From: Callorhinchus milii
Lineage: Eukaryota
NCBI RefSeq assembly: GCF_018977255.1
Contig: NW_024704743.1
Span: 31,126,001-31,190,000 of the forward strand
Length of the DNA: 64,000 nucleotides
Direction: 5' to 3'
Shown: positions 1 through 13,708 of the stretch, piece after piece
Layout: each line of letters opens with the position of its first letter
Position numbering within the stretch: the stretch's first letter is position 1
Position numbers and translations under genes: made by a program
The notes under the pieces: model-generated
What the model was told of the DNA's origin: nothing
What the model saw: the letters and a program-made list of their open reading frames with translations, nothing else
The model's database searches: none

Positions 1-683
1 TCATAACCTTTGCAAAGTGATTATATGACAGGTATTTATTCCCAATATGTCTGCTATAAAAGGATGTCCAAACGTCAATGCGCTTAAAATGCCATTATAA
101 TTTGAATGGGTTGTATTTATGTAAATTAGTAAATATCATTTCGAAAAGCAGCTTGTGGATTACTTTCTCAGACTTTTCTAGTGCTATTTGTTCAGTAGAG
201 ATTAAAATGTTCACAGTGGAGGTTTGGACGGAGCACAGCATACTGCAAATACTCACCAGGCAGACGTAAATGCTGATTTTTCCATTAATTTTTTTTACTA
301 GCTCTAAGATAAGGTATTTTTTAGCTTAAAAAACATAATTGTTCATTTTTAAGTGCAAGTAAAAGAGAATTCCCCTCTTTCGCTCTCCCTTCCTAACCTT
401 TTAGCTTTAAATATGATGAAAATTCTTGTTTCTAGCCACTGTTTTTTTTTAATATACATTTCTTGGCCTTTCTATTACATTTGTGACTTTTCTGTCCCTT
501 CCACATTCCTTGATTTGCTAGTTTATTTTGCTGCCCTTGAATTCTACAAGCCTAACTAAAAAGAACATACGAATCAAACCTGACTTTTTTTGGACAACAT
601 CTATAAGATTCCTGCTGCAGAACCTCTGGTGTTTATAGTGAGTATTAAGTGCAGGTTGGCAAGAGCTAAAGCTTGAGGACCCC

Positions 684-1119
684 ACGGTGTGCAGTGTCGT
701 ACTATGCTCCCCTGGCTCCCAATTGCCGAAAGGATTGATTTCAAGATCCTCTCACTCGTTTGCAATCCCTTCATGTCCTCGGACCTCCCGTCCTATCCGA
801 CCTGCTTACCACCCACTCCACCACCTGCTGCCTCTGCTCAGCCAGCGCCGACCTCCTTTTTGTCCCTCGTGCCTTCCGCTTTATCATCGGTGGCCATTCC
901 TTCAGCTACTACGCTCCGAAACTCTGGAGCTTTCTCCCTCAATCCCTTGCCTTCTCACTCCCCAACCTTCAAATCCTGCCTAAAGACTCTTCTTGATGGT
1001 GCTTATGGTCACCTGCCCCCTCCCACTTCCCCTGGCTCAGAGTCAGACTCCGCCACTGTCAAGAGCTCTGGGATGCTACCCTGTGTAAAGTAAGTAACAA
1101 ATGCAAGTTGTTGTTGTTG
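684..1119 (+). mobile_element. L2-clade LINE 3' fragment (degenerate)
   Basis: Translates LPWLPIAERIDFKILSLV, matching the L2 ORF2 C-terminal LHWLP..RI.FKIL motif; ends in an aaatgcaag(ttg)n tail like other L2 copies here. Confidence 0.85.
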
Positions 1120-1419
1120 TCTCGAAGATGTAATAAGATGCTATATCAAATGCAAGGATTATTATTGTTATTGGAGTTCTCACAGCGAAGTCCCGGAAGT
1201 AATATCGCACAATGTATGTGCTCACATGTCAAACCAAAGCTTTCAAAAGCAGAAGTATTGCAGCGTAAGAGCAAAATTGTACTCAGCTGTGAAATACAAA
1301 AGCAACAATTTGCACTTGTGTTACACTTTTCACGTTGGATGAACGTCTCAAACTACTTCAAGACCAATTGGTATTAGTAAGAAAAGCACCTCAACAGAGC
1401 ACCAACTTTAGTAGAATCT

Positions 1420-1570
1420 TTACATTTGATTTAGCGCCTTTCACATCAGGACGTCCCAAAGTGCTTCACAGGGTGTGCTGTAAGGTGTATGGTAACTATG
1501 TTTTGTGGGCAAATGTGGCAGCCAATTTGCAAACAAAAATGTCAACAGCCAGGGAGTGAATGACCAATTT
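1420..1570 (-). mobile_element. Deu-domain SINE 3' fragment
   Basis: Matches the 3' half of full SINE copies (gcagccaatttgc; ggacgtcccaaagtgcttcacag). Confidence 0.75.
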
Positions 1571-2567
1571 TGACATGCACTTAACTCTCATGTCAAAATT
1601 TAAATTCTGTTTTGTGAATTAATGAAAATAATAACTGCTAGCAAGAAAATAAACTCTTTGAGTGATTCAGGCAATACCACAACCCATAAGAGTGAACAAT
1701 ATACAATCAGTGTTACCTGAACTCCAAAATCAGAATGAACAATTTTTCTTCTCTTCCAACCCCCCACCCCAATCCTTCAGCAAAGTATTGAATATGTGGA
1801 AGAGCCATGCAGCCAAAACAGCTGATACTCTTTGGAAAAGAAGCTGCAAAAATATCTGGCTGACATTGTTGTAAATGAAGCACAGAGAAAATAGATTGAG
1901 AGGATTGCAGTAATAGTCCACAGTAACGATAGAGTGGGTTTTGCATAGCTTGCAGAAAGAGCAGTCTTGATGGGCTGAGTGCATATTGTCATTTCATGCT
2001 TTGTTAAAGACTTTTCTTTCACTCTGAATCTCATTATTTTTAAAAATAAGTTATGGAACAACATTATTTGAGCAAACAAATACCTTTCTGACCTTTATGT
2101 GGCTAATACTCAATCCCTGAATCACTGAATTTATTGGAGTATCCAGAAACCATAAAAAATAATAGCACAGAAGAAGACCATTCAGCTCATTGCAATCCTG
2201 AAAAGGAATGTTTAACTAACATCTCTCTGATCTTTTCCTTCCCCACTCAACCCTCCGATCAGCTAACTCGGGCTTGTGTACATGCCCTGATGCTACCTGT
2301 GCCCTCTCTACCAATCTGCCTTGGAACCCATCTGTTCAACCATTCTATGGTCTGAGACGATACTCTGTGTGAAGGGCGCTATATAAATGTATGTTGTTAT
2401 CGTTGTGTTATTTTGATTACCTCTTTCCCCTTCTCTTGCCTCCCCACTCTGCATCCGCCCACTATCGTATGACAGTACAAGGAGTAATCCCACGTCAAAG
2501 GTGCTATACAAGTGCAAGTTATTGTTTAACAAACCTGCTAATGAACTGCCTACCAGCCCTGTGGTCT

Positions 2568-2645
2568 TAAGAACATAAGGACATAAGAATTGCTAGACGA
2601 AAGAAGACTAAGGTCCATCCAGTTCACCTTCCACCATCCTGGCAA
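2568..2645 (-). mobile_element. CR1 LINE 3' terminal fragment
   Basis: aagaacataaggacataagaa is the reverse complement of the (ttcttatg)n CR1 tail. Confidence 0.6.
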
Positions 2646-3562
2646 TTGTATGCATCTGACATGTCCCAACATATCCCAAGATAATATTATCTAACAGAAA
2701 TCTATCTCATTTGTTGTTCCTGAATTTGATGCCACAGGTGACCGCACATTTGAAATCTGTTGCTTCAAGTCTGTGAATTTTCAAAAGAAACGACATTGCA
2801 TGCTTAATCAGAAAGTGATAACAAATTGTCATACAAATTAAAAAAGAGTCATAATCCATCCTTCAGTATCAGGAAATATCGGAAAGTGTACTGTCTTTGC
2901 TGGCTCAAGTTTCATTTCTCTGTAGTAAATGTGTTATGAAATCTAGCTCCTGAACATGGATTTGCATAAAAATCTAGCACAGATAGACAATCTATAATTG
3001 TGAAACGTAGCAGCTCTGAAAGTATTTAATTCAGGGTACTGTCAGTCTCACTGTACTCAGTTAGGGCAGAGAGCACGACTGCTCATCAGATGACAGTGAG
3101 AAAATAGGCATTTGATTACACAGAGCAATTGCCATTGCTGCTAGACACAGGATCAAATCTATCGGGATGCTTCAACCCCATTAAACACCATCTAAACAAT
3201 GACATCACCAGCAAATCCAGGACTGAATATCTGCTGTGCAATGAACTGTTCATTTTAGGAGTGGACAGCTGTTCACAGCAACACTTTGTGGACTGTGCCA
3301 ACATTTTTTTTACATATTTGATGATAGCATCTTCATACCTCGCAAAAGAATGATATCAGGGCCTGCAATTAGGGAATATTAAATTAGCCCATGAAATTGA
3401 CAGACTGGATCATTCTAATCACTAACAATAACACCTGTAGTGTTTGCAGCTTCATCTTGTGTCTGAATGATGGTAACCACATTTCCAGCAATACAGTACT
3501 TTCCTCAACTTTTCAAGCAAATAGCAACAAAATGACAATGACTGTCTACCATTATTTAGGCC

Positions 3563-3933
3563 GATAATTATCCTTGCATTTGATATAGACATTATCACGT
3601 CGTTGAAACGTCTCAAAACGCTTCACAGAATATAGTGTCAAGTGAATTGACTGTATATTTTGTGGGCAAGACGCGGCAGCCAATTGCACACAGCAGTGTT
3701 CCACAAACAGTCGTAGATTGAGCGACCAAATTACTTTATTTATTTATTTTGAAGGGATTATTACCCCCAGAAAGTGATCCATCAAACGACTAACAACCAG
3801 ATTCCTACTTAAGGCTGGTAAACAGAGGTGTGTGGAGAAAGGAAACTTGTTTAAGGTTTCACGCAGCCCAGGAATCAAACCCAGGTCTATTCGTTTGCAA
3901 GGCAAGTGCTTTAATCGATTCGCTGTAGGACTC
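3563..3933 (-). mobile_element. Full-length tRNA-headed Deu-domain SINE, long form
   Basis: Reverse complement of the copies at 34105 and 49375: tRNA-like head, central aattggctgccgcgt domain, tail atcaaatgcaaggat(tat)n. Confidence 0.9.
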
Positions 3934-6900
3934 CAATCATCAGAGCTAAGGAAACATTTATGCAGGACCCCCAAAAGTAAAAATGAATGTTGCATATACT
4001 GGTTTCTTGGGTTAGGAAACATTTGCAGATCAAGCAGCAGCATCTGTTTAATTATTTAATTCAAAGGGATTGATCACATAAGCAAATACAGTGCACCAAT
4101 CTATAACTATAATGTTAATACTTACCCATAGAAAGTTTGACAAGAACTGTAATTTTGTCTGAGGCAAAACTGCCAAAAGTCATTGAGTCATTGACATGTT
4201 TTGTGGAAACCAACGCACCTTTATTTTGACACCATTCTACAATTGTTCTACAATGACAAGTTGAGTGACAAGTTGTTCTCATTCTTAGTCTCCTTCACCT
4301 CACCAGCCACACATACTCGAATAGACATTTTTGGTTATGTGACGTGATGTCTCCACATTCTGGACAGGTCTGGAAAGGTTACCTAAATAATGGAAGTGGG
4401 GTAAATAATGGGCGGCGAGGTGGAAAGTAAATGTGTCATATTCAAACACAGCTCCCAATCTCCCAATCCCATTATTTTGGCGGTAGCTGACCGTGAACCA
4501 ATGACAAAACTTCTGCACATCCACAAACGAAAACCTGTATATTATAACTTAAAGGATGTTGGCTGCACAAAGGGGATGGCTGTCTCAGCACCACTATTTG
4601 AGCACCACTCACTTACTATGAAGCAGACTGCACTATGTAAACCCAGCATTAAACAGTAACAAGTCTGCATATAAACCAAGAGTTTAGATCAGGATTTCCG
4701 AACACAAGAATTTACTACCCTAATTAAAGTGAGAATTCCCACCCCCTCCCAATCTGCATTTTAAGATTAAAAAAACAAGGGATGTGTGCAGCTTGCATCA
4801 CCCATAAAGAGGAGCCCACATCATTCCTGTGCATTCAGTGATGGTTTTCCAGGGAGACACACATGACATATCCAATCCACTCTATTTTGGTCTGCTCCCT
4901 GTTCTAAGATCCTGTACATTGTTGTCTATTTGCTGTTTCTCTTCATTGCAATCTACGTTCTTTCTCTCTTTCATATTATTGCAGGATGCTTTCTTTCTCT
5001 CTCTCTCTCTCTATTGAAATCTGTTCTGTCGTTTATTTTCTTTCTTTCGATGACTGAAATGCTTCAGAGGTAGGTTTTGAGGCAGACATTGGGTTGAATT
5101 GGGACCGAAAACTCTAAAGAACAGATTTTGATGTTTGGATAAGCCTACATTGGCACATTCGCACAATGAAATAAGCTTTTTTTTAATGTTGTTAGATCAG
5201 CTTTTAATAATATTAACAACGCAGTCAGTTTATAGTTCCCAGGCGTACAACAGACCACTCAGCTAAGCAAATGGCAGAGGAAGCGAGCTCATTTGTACCA
5301 GTAGTATTTCTATTGCATGGATGTGATTTCCACAGTTCCTGAAACCATTTTTTCTGAACAGTTTCTGGAGGTGAGCACTGAAGCAATTGACATCACCAAC
5401 GTCTAGTTTCAACTGCATATTTGCAAGAGAATTACTGACAAAATGGTGACAATTTTCCAGCAAACGTGCTGTTATAAATGCAGCATTAATGAATCACAAG
5501 TTGACATGAATACCACATGAAGCCTCAAGATTACCCACCACATAAATTCCTGATCTTAAGAAAGGCTTGCCAGACGGAACTGAGTGTAAGGCATTTGACA
5601 CAGCGCCTTATCATGTCGTCGAGACATCTCAAAGCGCTTCACAGGATATACTGTATATACTGTAAAGGGGATTGACTGTATTTTGTGGGCGATATGCAGC
5701 AGCCAGATTTGAGTCTCCCCAGACCACGCAGAACAGTCATTGATGTTTAATTTAAGAGCAAGATTATGAGAGGAATTGGGGCATTAATAGCTTAACTATT
5801 AACATCCAATAATGGGGAGACCAAGTGAGGAGGTTTTTTTTGAAAAAATCTATTGCAACTGGTTCTGTGAATTCACAGCATGATTCAGGAGGATGATCGA
5901 ATCAGTGCTTTGAATCCAGGGATATTGTATCCCCACATGTTCCAAAACAGCTTTAGTTAATAATCAATGTATGGCATTCACTCTGCATCAGCAAGCAAAG
6001 CCTGAAATCCATCCTTGGTCACTGTGACCAGGAATGAGTGTAACTGACTAAAATACTCGAGAAAGACAAGCCCAATGTCTGACAAAAAAATCTGACACCT
6101 CAAGACCACTCACATCAAGGCAAAAAACATAAAGGCAACTGTTTTGGATCATGTGCGGATGCATTATCCCTGGATTCAAATAAACTGGTTATATGCACTT
6201 TCTTACGCACTTGTTCTCCAATGCACAATATTTAAACCAGAGTGAAGTGGTCATTTTTATAGATTGACTTATTTCCTAGTGTGCACTTTACACAGTATCA
6301 TTCCCAAAGCCACTGAAGGAAATTGCAAGCAAGATATACTAAACGATCATAACTTGAACACGGGCTAAAAGTATTGGAAACGTTCTTATATAATGGAAGA
6401 TTGAGCAAGCACAATGGTTATCAGGTGACCAATTTAATCTCACCAGTTAAAGAATTCTTAACCAGACATGTCCTCCTCCGCTAAAGGAACACTTCAATTG
6501 GCTTGTGCCAAGCTGCCATTATGTGTTTTCTTTGCTTTTCATTATTGAGACTTTGGGAGCAGGATCTGAAATCAGTTTAGCAATCAACAAGTCAAATTGC
6601 TAGGTTTAATTTGTTAACGTTAATCCACTATCGGAGGCTTTCTTTGCATAGCCCATTATCATAGGTACCATGCACATCAGGAACGGTGGCATTGTTCTCA
6701 CAAACACTGCCTCAGGCTTACAAAAATATGCAGGTGTTTGTTTAGAAATCCAGCATGTCATCAGAAACAGTCGCACAATACGTGAAAAGCTGTCTCTGTA
6801 AATGTTTAAGGTGACCTGAAGCCTCCCTTCCCCCTCCACAGCTGAAAACACAACAGCTACATCACCACAGCTATGCATTAGCAACCGTTCAAGATATCAA

Positions 6901-9095
6901 CACACCACAGGTAAAGGGAGATATATTGTCCCCTCCTCTCCCCAGGTTATTTTCTGGCAATTCTTGAATTCTCACAAGCAAACTGCTGAACAATAAGCAT
7001 TTCTGAGTTAATTGTAGCGAGTGCCCTCAGAATGATGCATTAAAACTAATAATGTACAAATGGTCTCTGGGGATCCATTACAATGCAAATCTCACATATT
7101 TTATGAAAAATCAGTGAGTCTGCACACAAACACTCAGGCCCTTGGGGATGTGATCGTAATTGACTGACCTGTAAGTGTTCTCATCGTACCTTAAGGGTAC
7201 AGGTTTCACAAGAAAGACAACAGAAATGGTGAGCAATGAAGCATACTGCCCATCCACCTCTGTGAAGGACAAGCTTAAAGGAAATGCAATTTTCTAACTG
7301 TAGCCTAAAGGATGTCAATTGGATAGCAATTACTGTATGACCGCCTCATTTTGTTCAGCTGATGACAGGACTACATTATTACCAATTTGTTTTGGTTAAA
7401 GCTGTATTAATCTTTCAATCAGAGCTCAAGCCATCCATATCAGCACTCAAATTATTTTTATAGCTTACAAAATTGTGCTTGTGAATATGAACTGCCCCAA
7501 CCAAATAGAAGTTTTTTTTCTATTGGTCCGAGAACTTGTTCATTTTCTTTCAACCTAAAGCTTCTGTACCTGCAGAGAGCACTCACAATCATATTGTGTT
7601 GCCCTGTGCAACATCAATTATATTTAATTGTATTCATTTTTAATCCACGTCTCCATCGAGATTCAGGAAATGACTAGAGCATTGAGCTGCTAAAAAAGCA
7701 GCTCACGTTTTTCTCTCTTAATTCACACTGAGACAGGCAAAATTAGAGGGAAGAAAAGGTTCAACCCCATGTCCTACTGATATGCCTTGATGCAATGCAA
7801 AGGAATATCAACATGTTACACCACTGGGGACACCCTGAATACTTTACTATAATTTACTATGTTCAATAACATTCGTTTCGTCCACAAACTACACATTCAA
7901 TTCACTTTACAGTATATTCTGTGAAGCGCTTTGAAAAGTCTCAAATGCAAGGATTATTATTATTATTATTATTATTTATTTTTGGTGATTTCAAACGGTT
8001 TCCTTCTAATCCCCACTTCATTGGAGACTCCGTTATTCTTCAACCAAGTGATTAGGCATGTTCACAGTGGTGGAATGGGCCACTGATACTTCATATTGTT
8101 CAAGAGGAGCAAATTCAGCTGTAAACCTTGAGTTTCTGAACTCTCGATGAGCCTGGTCAGTAATGGGTAGTAACTCTCCTGTGATTAGGCAACATAATTG
8201 CTATCGTATTGAAAGCTAAATATGTTCTCAAATACTCCAATGCAAAAACATTCTAAAATCAGAGAAAAAAGTCACAAACAAAAGTTTCAAGCCAGACAGA
8301 AACAAGCCTGTTATTCAAGAATACTTTCCACCCCCTTCTCACCTCTTCTGCTCTTAACTTGATTGGGTATAGTTAGGTTGATTTTCGGTTTTAACTGAAA
8401 AACCCAATAAAACACCCCTGATTCCAAAAAAAGGTGGTGTTTACCCAATAAACACTAGAAAAACCTGCCCTGAGGTAACTGTGAGGTGAGGTTTTCTCTC
8501 TCACTCGCTCTCGCCAGTGTCCTGGTGTGCTGACTGTGCATCTGTTATTCTCTGCCTCTCACTCCCCTACATGAGCACTGTAAATCTGGTGAAGTGTTTG
8601 AGAGGAGGGAGGGACTGCACATGTGTGAGGGCAGCTCTCTTCCCTCCCCGTGTCTTTTCAGTACAGCAACAAAAGCCCCCAAACACCCTGATTTATAAAC
8701 ATTCTAGTTGCTAAAAATAATCTCCTAAAATGAGAAACCCTAGGTATGGTTCTATAGTGTGGCTTCTCTTTCAGGACCTTTTGTGAAAGGACATTTTTCA
8801 ATGGTCAGTGTTGGCAGACCACTCGATCATGAGAGCCTTGAGAGCTGAGCTAGTCTTGTCCTCACCCGAATTCCACACCTAAGACAGTACTTGGGAGATG
8901 GTTGATTTTCCTGAGTGTCGGTATCTCCTGTTCCAGACGACTTATTCCTACACAGTGCAAGGGTGGTTGTATGGCCTTTCACTAAAAGAAAATGCTGAAT
9001 ATCGTATTAAACTGCTAGTTTTGTGTGCCGACCCAACTGATTTCAGACAGGCAGGACACAACAGAGCAGCTTCTCTGAGTTTCAGAATTGTGTGT

Positions 9096-9335
9096 CAGAA
9101 TGGCTCAGTTGGTAGCAGTCCGAGTCAGAAAGTTGTGGGCTCAAGCCCAGTGTCGGCACTCTGGATTCAGTCTAGGCTGACAGTCCAGTGCAGTGCTAGG
9201 GGAGTGCTATGAATTAATTTAAACCGAGATGCCCCCCCGGTTAAAAAACGCCAAGTAAATGCAAATTGTTGTAATAGTTGCATTGTCAGAAGTGCCTTGG
9301 TTCAGATGAGACGCTAAACCAAAGCCCTGTCTTAG
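9096..9335 (+). mobile_element. Older tRNA-headed SINE (SacSINE1/AmnSINE1-like), 5' part
   Basis: tggctcagttggtagc...gagtcagaaagttgtgggctcaagccc head followed by tctaggctgac...cagtgcagt...cagatgagacg; homologous to 47612-48063. Confidence 0.7.
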
Positions 9336-9544
9336 TCTTTCTTGCCTGCAGTCTTTCTTGTAGTATGGGCAATGATATCAATGATATCACTTTCCGGAGT
9401 TGTTCACTAAGTGCAGGAAAATACATCAATAGTGGCCTGACAACCGGCATATTGGTCCTTTTGTTGTGCTTCACTTATAACATGGCCTCCCAGATAGAGG
9501 ACTCAAGAAATCATACTGTAATGAGATTTTCCATACCTCAATAG

Positions 9545-9785
9545 CAGTGGTGGCCAACCTCTTTGGTTGACCAACAAAATAAATTCTCTTGATTGAATAT
9601 TACTTGATATGTGCCATAAATCTAGAAATATTCAATCAGGAAAAAAATGAAAACACACAACTGATTGAACACAGACTTACCCAGACTCATGAGAATGTTG
9701 GTGGTGAGGGGGTCACTTCTTTAAGTCTTGAAAAGCAACTTCTCAGAGGGACCTTATGACAACATGGGTCACAGGTTGGTCACTG
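9545..9785. mobile_element. Probable hAT (Charlie/MER5-like) MITE
   Basis: Starts cagtggtggccaacct and ends aggttggtcactg (imperfect TIRs); internal gggtcac motifs; no clean 8-bp TSD. Confidence 0.45.
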
Positions 9786-9826
9786 ATCTATAAGGTCCCT
9801 CTGAGAAGTTGCTTTTCAAGACTTAA
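9721..9826. repeat. Perfect 37-bp inverted repeat with 32-bp spacer
   Basis: 9721-9757 ttaagtcttgaaaagcaacttctcagagggaccttat is the exact reverse complement of 9790-9826. Confidence 0.97.
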
Positions 9827-10863
9827 GAGCTATAAAATATCTAATTGTTCCTCTAAACACTGGGGATCATCTTCATTTCTTGGCACACCTCTCACGTCAT
9901 GACGATCAAAACTGTGCAGAGTATTCCATATATGGGCTTCAATTCTGTTTTATCAGATATTACTACACCACGATTTTGTTTACTGTATCTACTTTTTCTC
10001 GAAGATATTAAAAAATGAGGTAACAATAACGGGGCCTTGTCACTAAAAGTCCAACCAAGCTGTTATATGGCTGGACATTTTTAATTGCTATTCAACAGAG
10101 CAGAAACTATAAAAGGCGCTTAATTGGTACTTCCCTAAGGCGGCAAAATGACAACCTCTAATTAATACAGTACAGGCACAATTTAATCTGTCACTCTTCA
10201 CTTGCTGTTTAATTGAACTACATCACAATGGTCCTTGATGCACAGTGGAAATGGGACACAATGCACGTTGACTGGGAAGTGGAGGAGTGCCCAATTTATG
10301 CACCTGAGTGCTAATACTTCTTGAGAATGCAGCTTGTGGTCTGAATCACAGCAATTCATTTCATATTTTCACCTCCAAAAATCAGTCACTGCACTTTACC
10401 GTATATCCTGTGAAGCACTTTGAGACATCTTCCTGATGCGATATCAAAAGCAAGGATTTTTTAAAAAAAATTAGTTTTAAGGCATATTGGTAGGTTTAAA
10501 TAACACTTGGATGTCATATATGACCATTAACATCAAATCCAAAACTTGCTGAAAAAAAAGAACACACCACCGGTTCAAGAACTATTGTGCCTCTTATGAT
10601 CCAATTACTGCTTAGAACATTTAGTCAGATGTGAGAATGATAGGCATGGTCCTTACAAAATAACCAAATGTTGCAACATATATTTACAACTCCAGTTTGC
10701 AGGTGGACAACAACAACAACTTGCATTTATATAGCGCCATTCATGTCTCAGAGCACTTTACGAAAACGGCATTGGATGCCAAATAAGGAAGGAGGAGGTG
10801 GCCATAGGTATGTTTGAAGAGATAGGTTTTAAGGTTGGACTTAAAGACAGATAGAGAGAGGAT

Positions 10864-11046
10864 GAAAGGCAAAGTACTGCAGATGCTGGAAATCTGGTAT
10901 AAACACAGAAGTCGCTGGGAACACGCAGCAGGTCAGGCAGCATCCATGGAGAGAAGAAAACGAGTTAACGTTTCAGGTCAATGATCGGACCAATGTTCTG
11001 ATGAAAGGTCATTGACCTGAAACGTTAACTCATTTTCCTCTCTCCG
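10864..11046. mobile_element. Palindromic Penelope-like non-autonomous element with hammerhead core, 12-bp TSD
   Basis: Direct repeat tagagagaggat at 10852-10863 and 11047-11058; internal inverted arms gagttaacgtttcaggtcaatga / tcattgacctgaaacgttaactc; homologous to 50100-50325. Confidence 0.8.
10995..11029 (+). ncRNA. Minimal type I hammerhead ribozyme motif
   Basis: GTT-CTGATGA-A-AGGTC(att)GACCT-GAAA-CG-TT-AAC: conserved CUGAnGA and GAAA boxes, 5-bp stem II, palindromic ACGU stem III, 3-bp stem I. Confidence 0.65.
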
Positions 11047-13672
11047 TAGAGAGAGGATTAGGTGGATGGGGCAGGAGGAGGGAGTTCAAGGGATTAGGGA
11101 CATAATCTGAAGGCTCTGAACTAGGCAAAGCACAATACATCGTAACAAATGAAAAATACAATGGGAGCATCTAAAACATGATATGTGTACCTTCTGGTCA
11201 CCAGCAGTGCATCACAGAAGACGGGTTTACACAAGTTCGGTATGGAATACGTTTTGCATAATATCTAAAATATGATCTGGTACAATTTGTAATAGCATAT
11301 AACCACTGTCTGACTGGAGTCCCTTATCAAGCTCATTGAAAATCTAATAAAAGGAAGTTTAATGTTCAAGCGCAAGATGGGGGGAGACCCAAGCAGGCAA
11401 TGGCAATGCTTGTGCACCTGTTAATCTAAAGGATCCTCGTGGAACCCGGCTGCAAGTTTATGCAAATCCAAAAGTGAGATTGTAAATTAAGCAGATAACA
11501 CCAATTTTTGCAGGCGTTTGAGATAATGGTGTTCAAAAGAAATCCACTGTCAGATGACACTCATGTAAATTTGTAAAATGTATTTTGTTTTCTTTTACAT
11601 TATTGAGGTGAAAGACATAAAAGCACCATAAATGTTACAAATCTAGCAGAACCAAAAGAATAGATTTGGGCAAATATATATAAAACAAAGTTCATAAGCC
11701 ATTAACAAATGGTTCCAAATTAATTATTTGGTACCACCAAAAGTATCATCTAACAGGATTTTACAACCAGCACCTGTTCTTCTGCCATTTCTCTGGTTCA
11801 TCCAACATATATATTATAATCACATTTTCAAAGTTTATTTTCCACTGAAGTTTAAAACTCTGAATCCCTGTCGGGTGGTTCTGAAATGTAATTCAAGATT
11901 AAAATCTACTCACTTTGGTAGATATAGCCAGTACAATTGTATGATTGATTTAGAGTTTTATTTCATACTGCAGACTTTCTACTCAGCACAGTGGGATGCA
12001 AGTAACATATGGCCTGGGGTTCATACTTAACTCAATAGTATTTTTTCAACAAAATAAAGCTCTGTACTTTTTCCAAGGCTGAAACAATACAAATTGTATT
12101 TGCTGTTTATACATGTTTATACACTTTGATTTAAAAAGTTTTTGACACAAATAGTAAATCTTTTCTAACAACTCAGCAATTTTATATTTCCATTGCATTT
12201 CTTATTCACCATTTCAGATTGTTTACATTGAACATAGAGAGATAGACAAAGTAGTTATTCATCAAAGGGGCAGCATTCTTTGCTGGATCCAAATTATTTT
12301 GATTCCAAACACAAAACACAGGACTTAGGGCAGATATTACATGTTTCCCCACTATGTAAATTACAATGATGCTACACAAAGTATGGGCAAGGCAGCAAAA
12401 GAGGGTAAGTTAGCTTTATCCTTAGTGTCGGGAGGAGGTTCAGCGTTTTGGGACATCCTCCCAACATGAAAGGCCCTATACACATGTAATTTGTCGCTGT
12501 AGTGTAATCTTTCCCCACTAAAACAATCTGTATTAGACCAGATTCCAAATATCACGCATGGGCACATGTTACTGGAGTAGTTTTTTTTTCGAAAACAAAA
12601 TGGAGGCAACAACAAATTACATTTGTACAGCGCTTTTCACGTCGGGAGGACGCCCCAAAGCTCTGAGACTCAAAATATACTACAAAACAGAGAAGACAAC
12701 TTTTACATTGCACATCTTGATAACAGATTTAGAAACTCTAGAGAATTGCACTGCAGGCCAAGTGGGTTTTGAATTGTACAACATTTTGGCAGGATAGCAG
12801 TGTGTAGTTAATATTAATATCTGTTCACATAGAGAACACAACCTTAATTATATCAATAAATGGAACATCAATTACTATATTGTTCTTTGCCTCTGGTTGT
12901 ATCTGAAACAATGCATTCCTATGCAGTACATACTGTATTACCAAGGCTGAAGAAGCAGCTGGTATAGATATGTGAGATGGCCATGTGGGCCAAGTTAAAA
13001 TGTGCGGTCATCTCAGCAGGGCTGAACAACTTGAAATATTTAGCTGAATTTCTGACAGGCTGATTTTATTTCTTTGCACTTTTTGTAACAGTTCCATGCA
13101 GTATTCATCTGACAAAAGAACTGAGACTGTTTTTTTGCTAGCAGAAACATTTTTGGCAAATGTATCCAAATTTGATTTTACCCAGATGTCATCATGGGAC
13201 AATTCTTTAACTAAAACTACAAACAGTATTTCCACTTATATTTACATGACATATACATAGTAGTGATTAGTCAGAAACAAAATAGGAAATAAAAACACAA
13301 AGTTATTTTTAGGCTGAAGAAGGATATACAATGCAGACTGCAAGACTAGATGGTGCTTTTGCTTGTTATTTTTGCAGCTGGAAGAGGCTTATCTCAGAAG
13401 ATTGATTGATTACATTAGGGAGAATCTACAGGGGTTATCCAGCTCAGTCCATCCACAAAACACACAGTCACTACACCTTACAGTGCTATATACCAAACAA
13501 AAGGATTATTATTATTACTACTACATTTCCCAAATTCAATGTTTGTTTCTAATGCTGTTTCTCCATCAGAACTAAGGCAGTTAAAACTGGGGACAGGAAG
13601 AATTTTGTAAATGTGGAATGCCTCAGAAAGCTGTACAGGTGATTTTAGCTGGTTACCTTCCAGGAGTTCCCC

Positions 13673-13708
13673 AATTAATTAATTAATTAATTAATTAATG
13701 AATGAATG
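13673..13708. repeat. (AATT)n/(AATG)n microsatellite
   Basis: aattaattaattaattaattaattaatgaatgaatg. Confidence 0.9.

Larger units (their letters stand above)
10709..11120 (-). mobile_element. L2 3' fragment interrupted by the palindromic element at 10864-11046
   Basis: (caa)n cttgcatttatatagcgcc tail; L2-like sequence resumes after the 12-bp duplication. Confidence 0.65.

Noticed and set aside
1713..2079. Overlapping minus-strand ORFs with hydrophobic stretches
   Set aside because: No recognisable homology or convincing splice signals; consistent with chance ORFs
3116..3340. Possible minus-strand exon (YEDAIIKYVKKML...)
   Set aside because: Weak acceptor, no similarity to CDKAL1 or any protein I recognise
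8370..8742. Possible hAT-like MITE ending in aaacccta, with repeated aaacacc(c)ctgatt motifs
   Set aside because: The left end does not give a convincing matching TIR and I found no TSD
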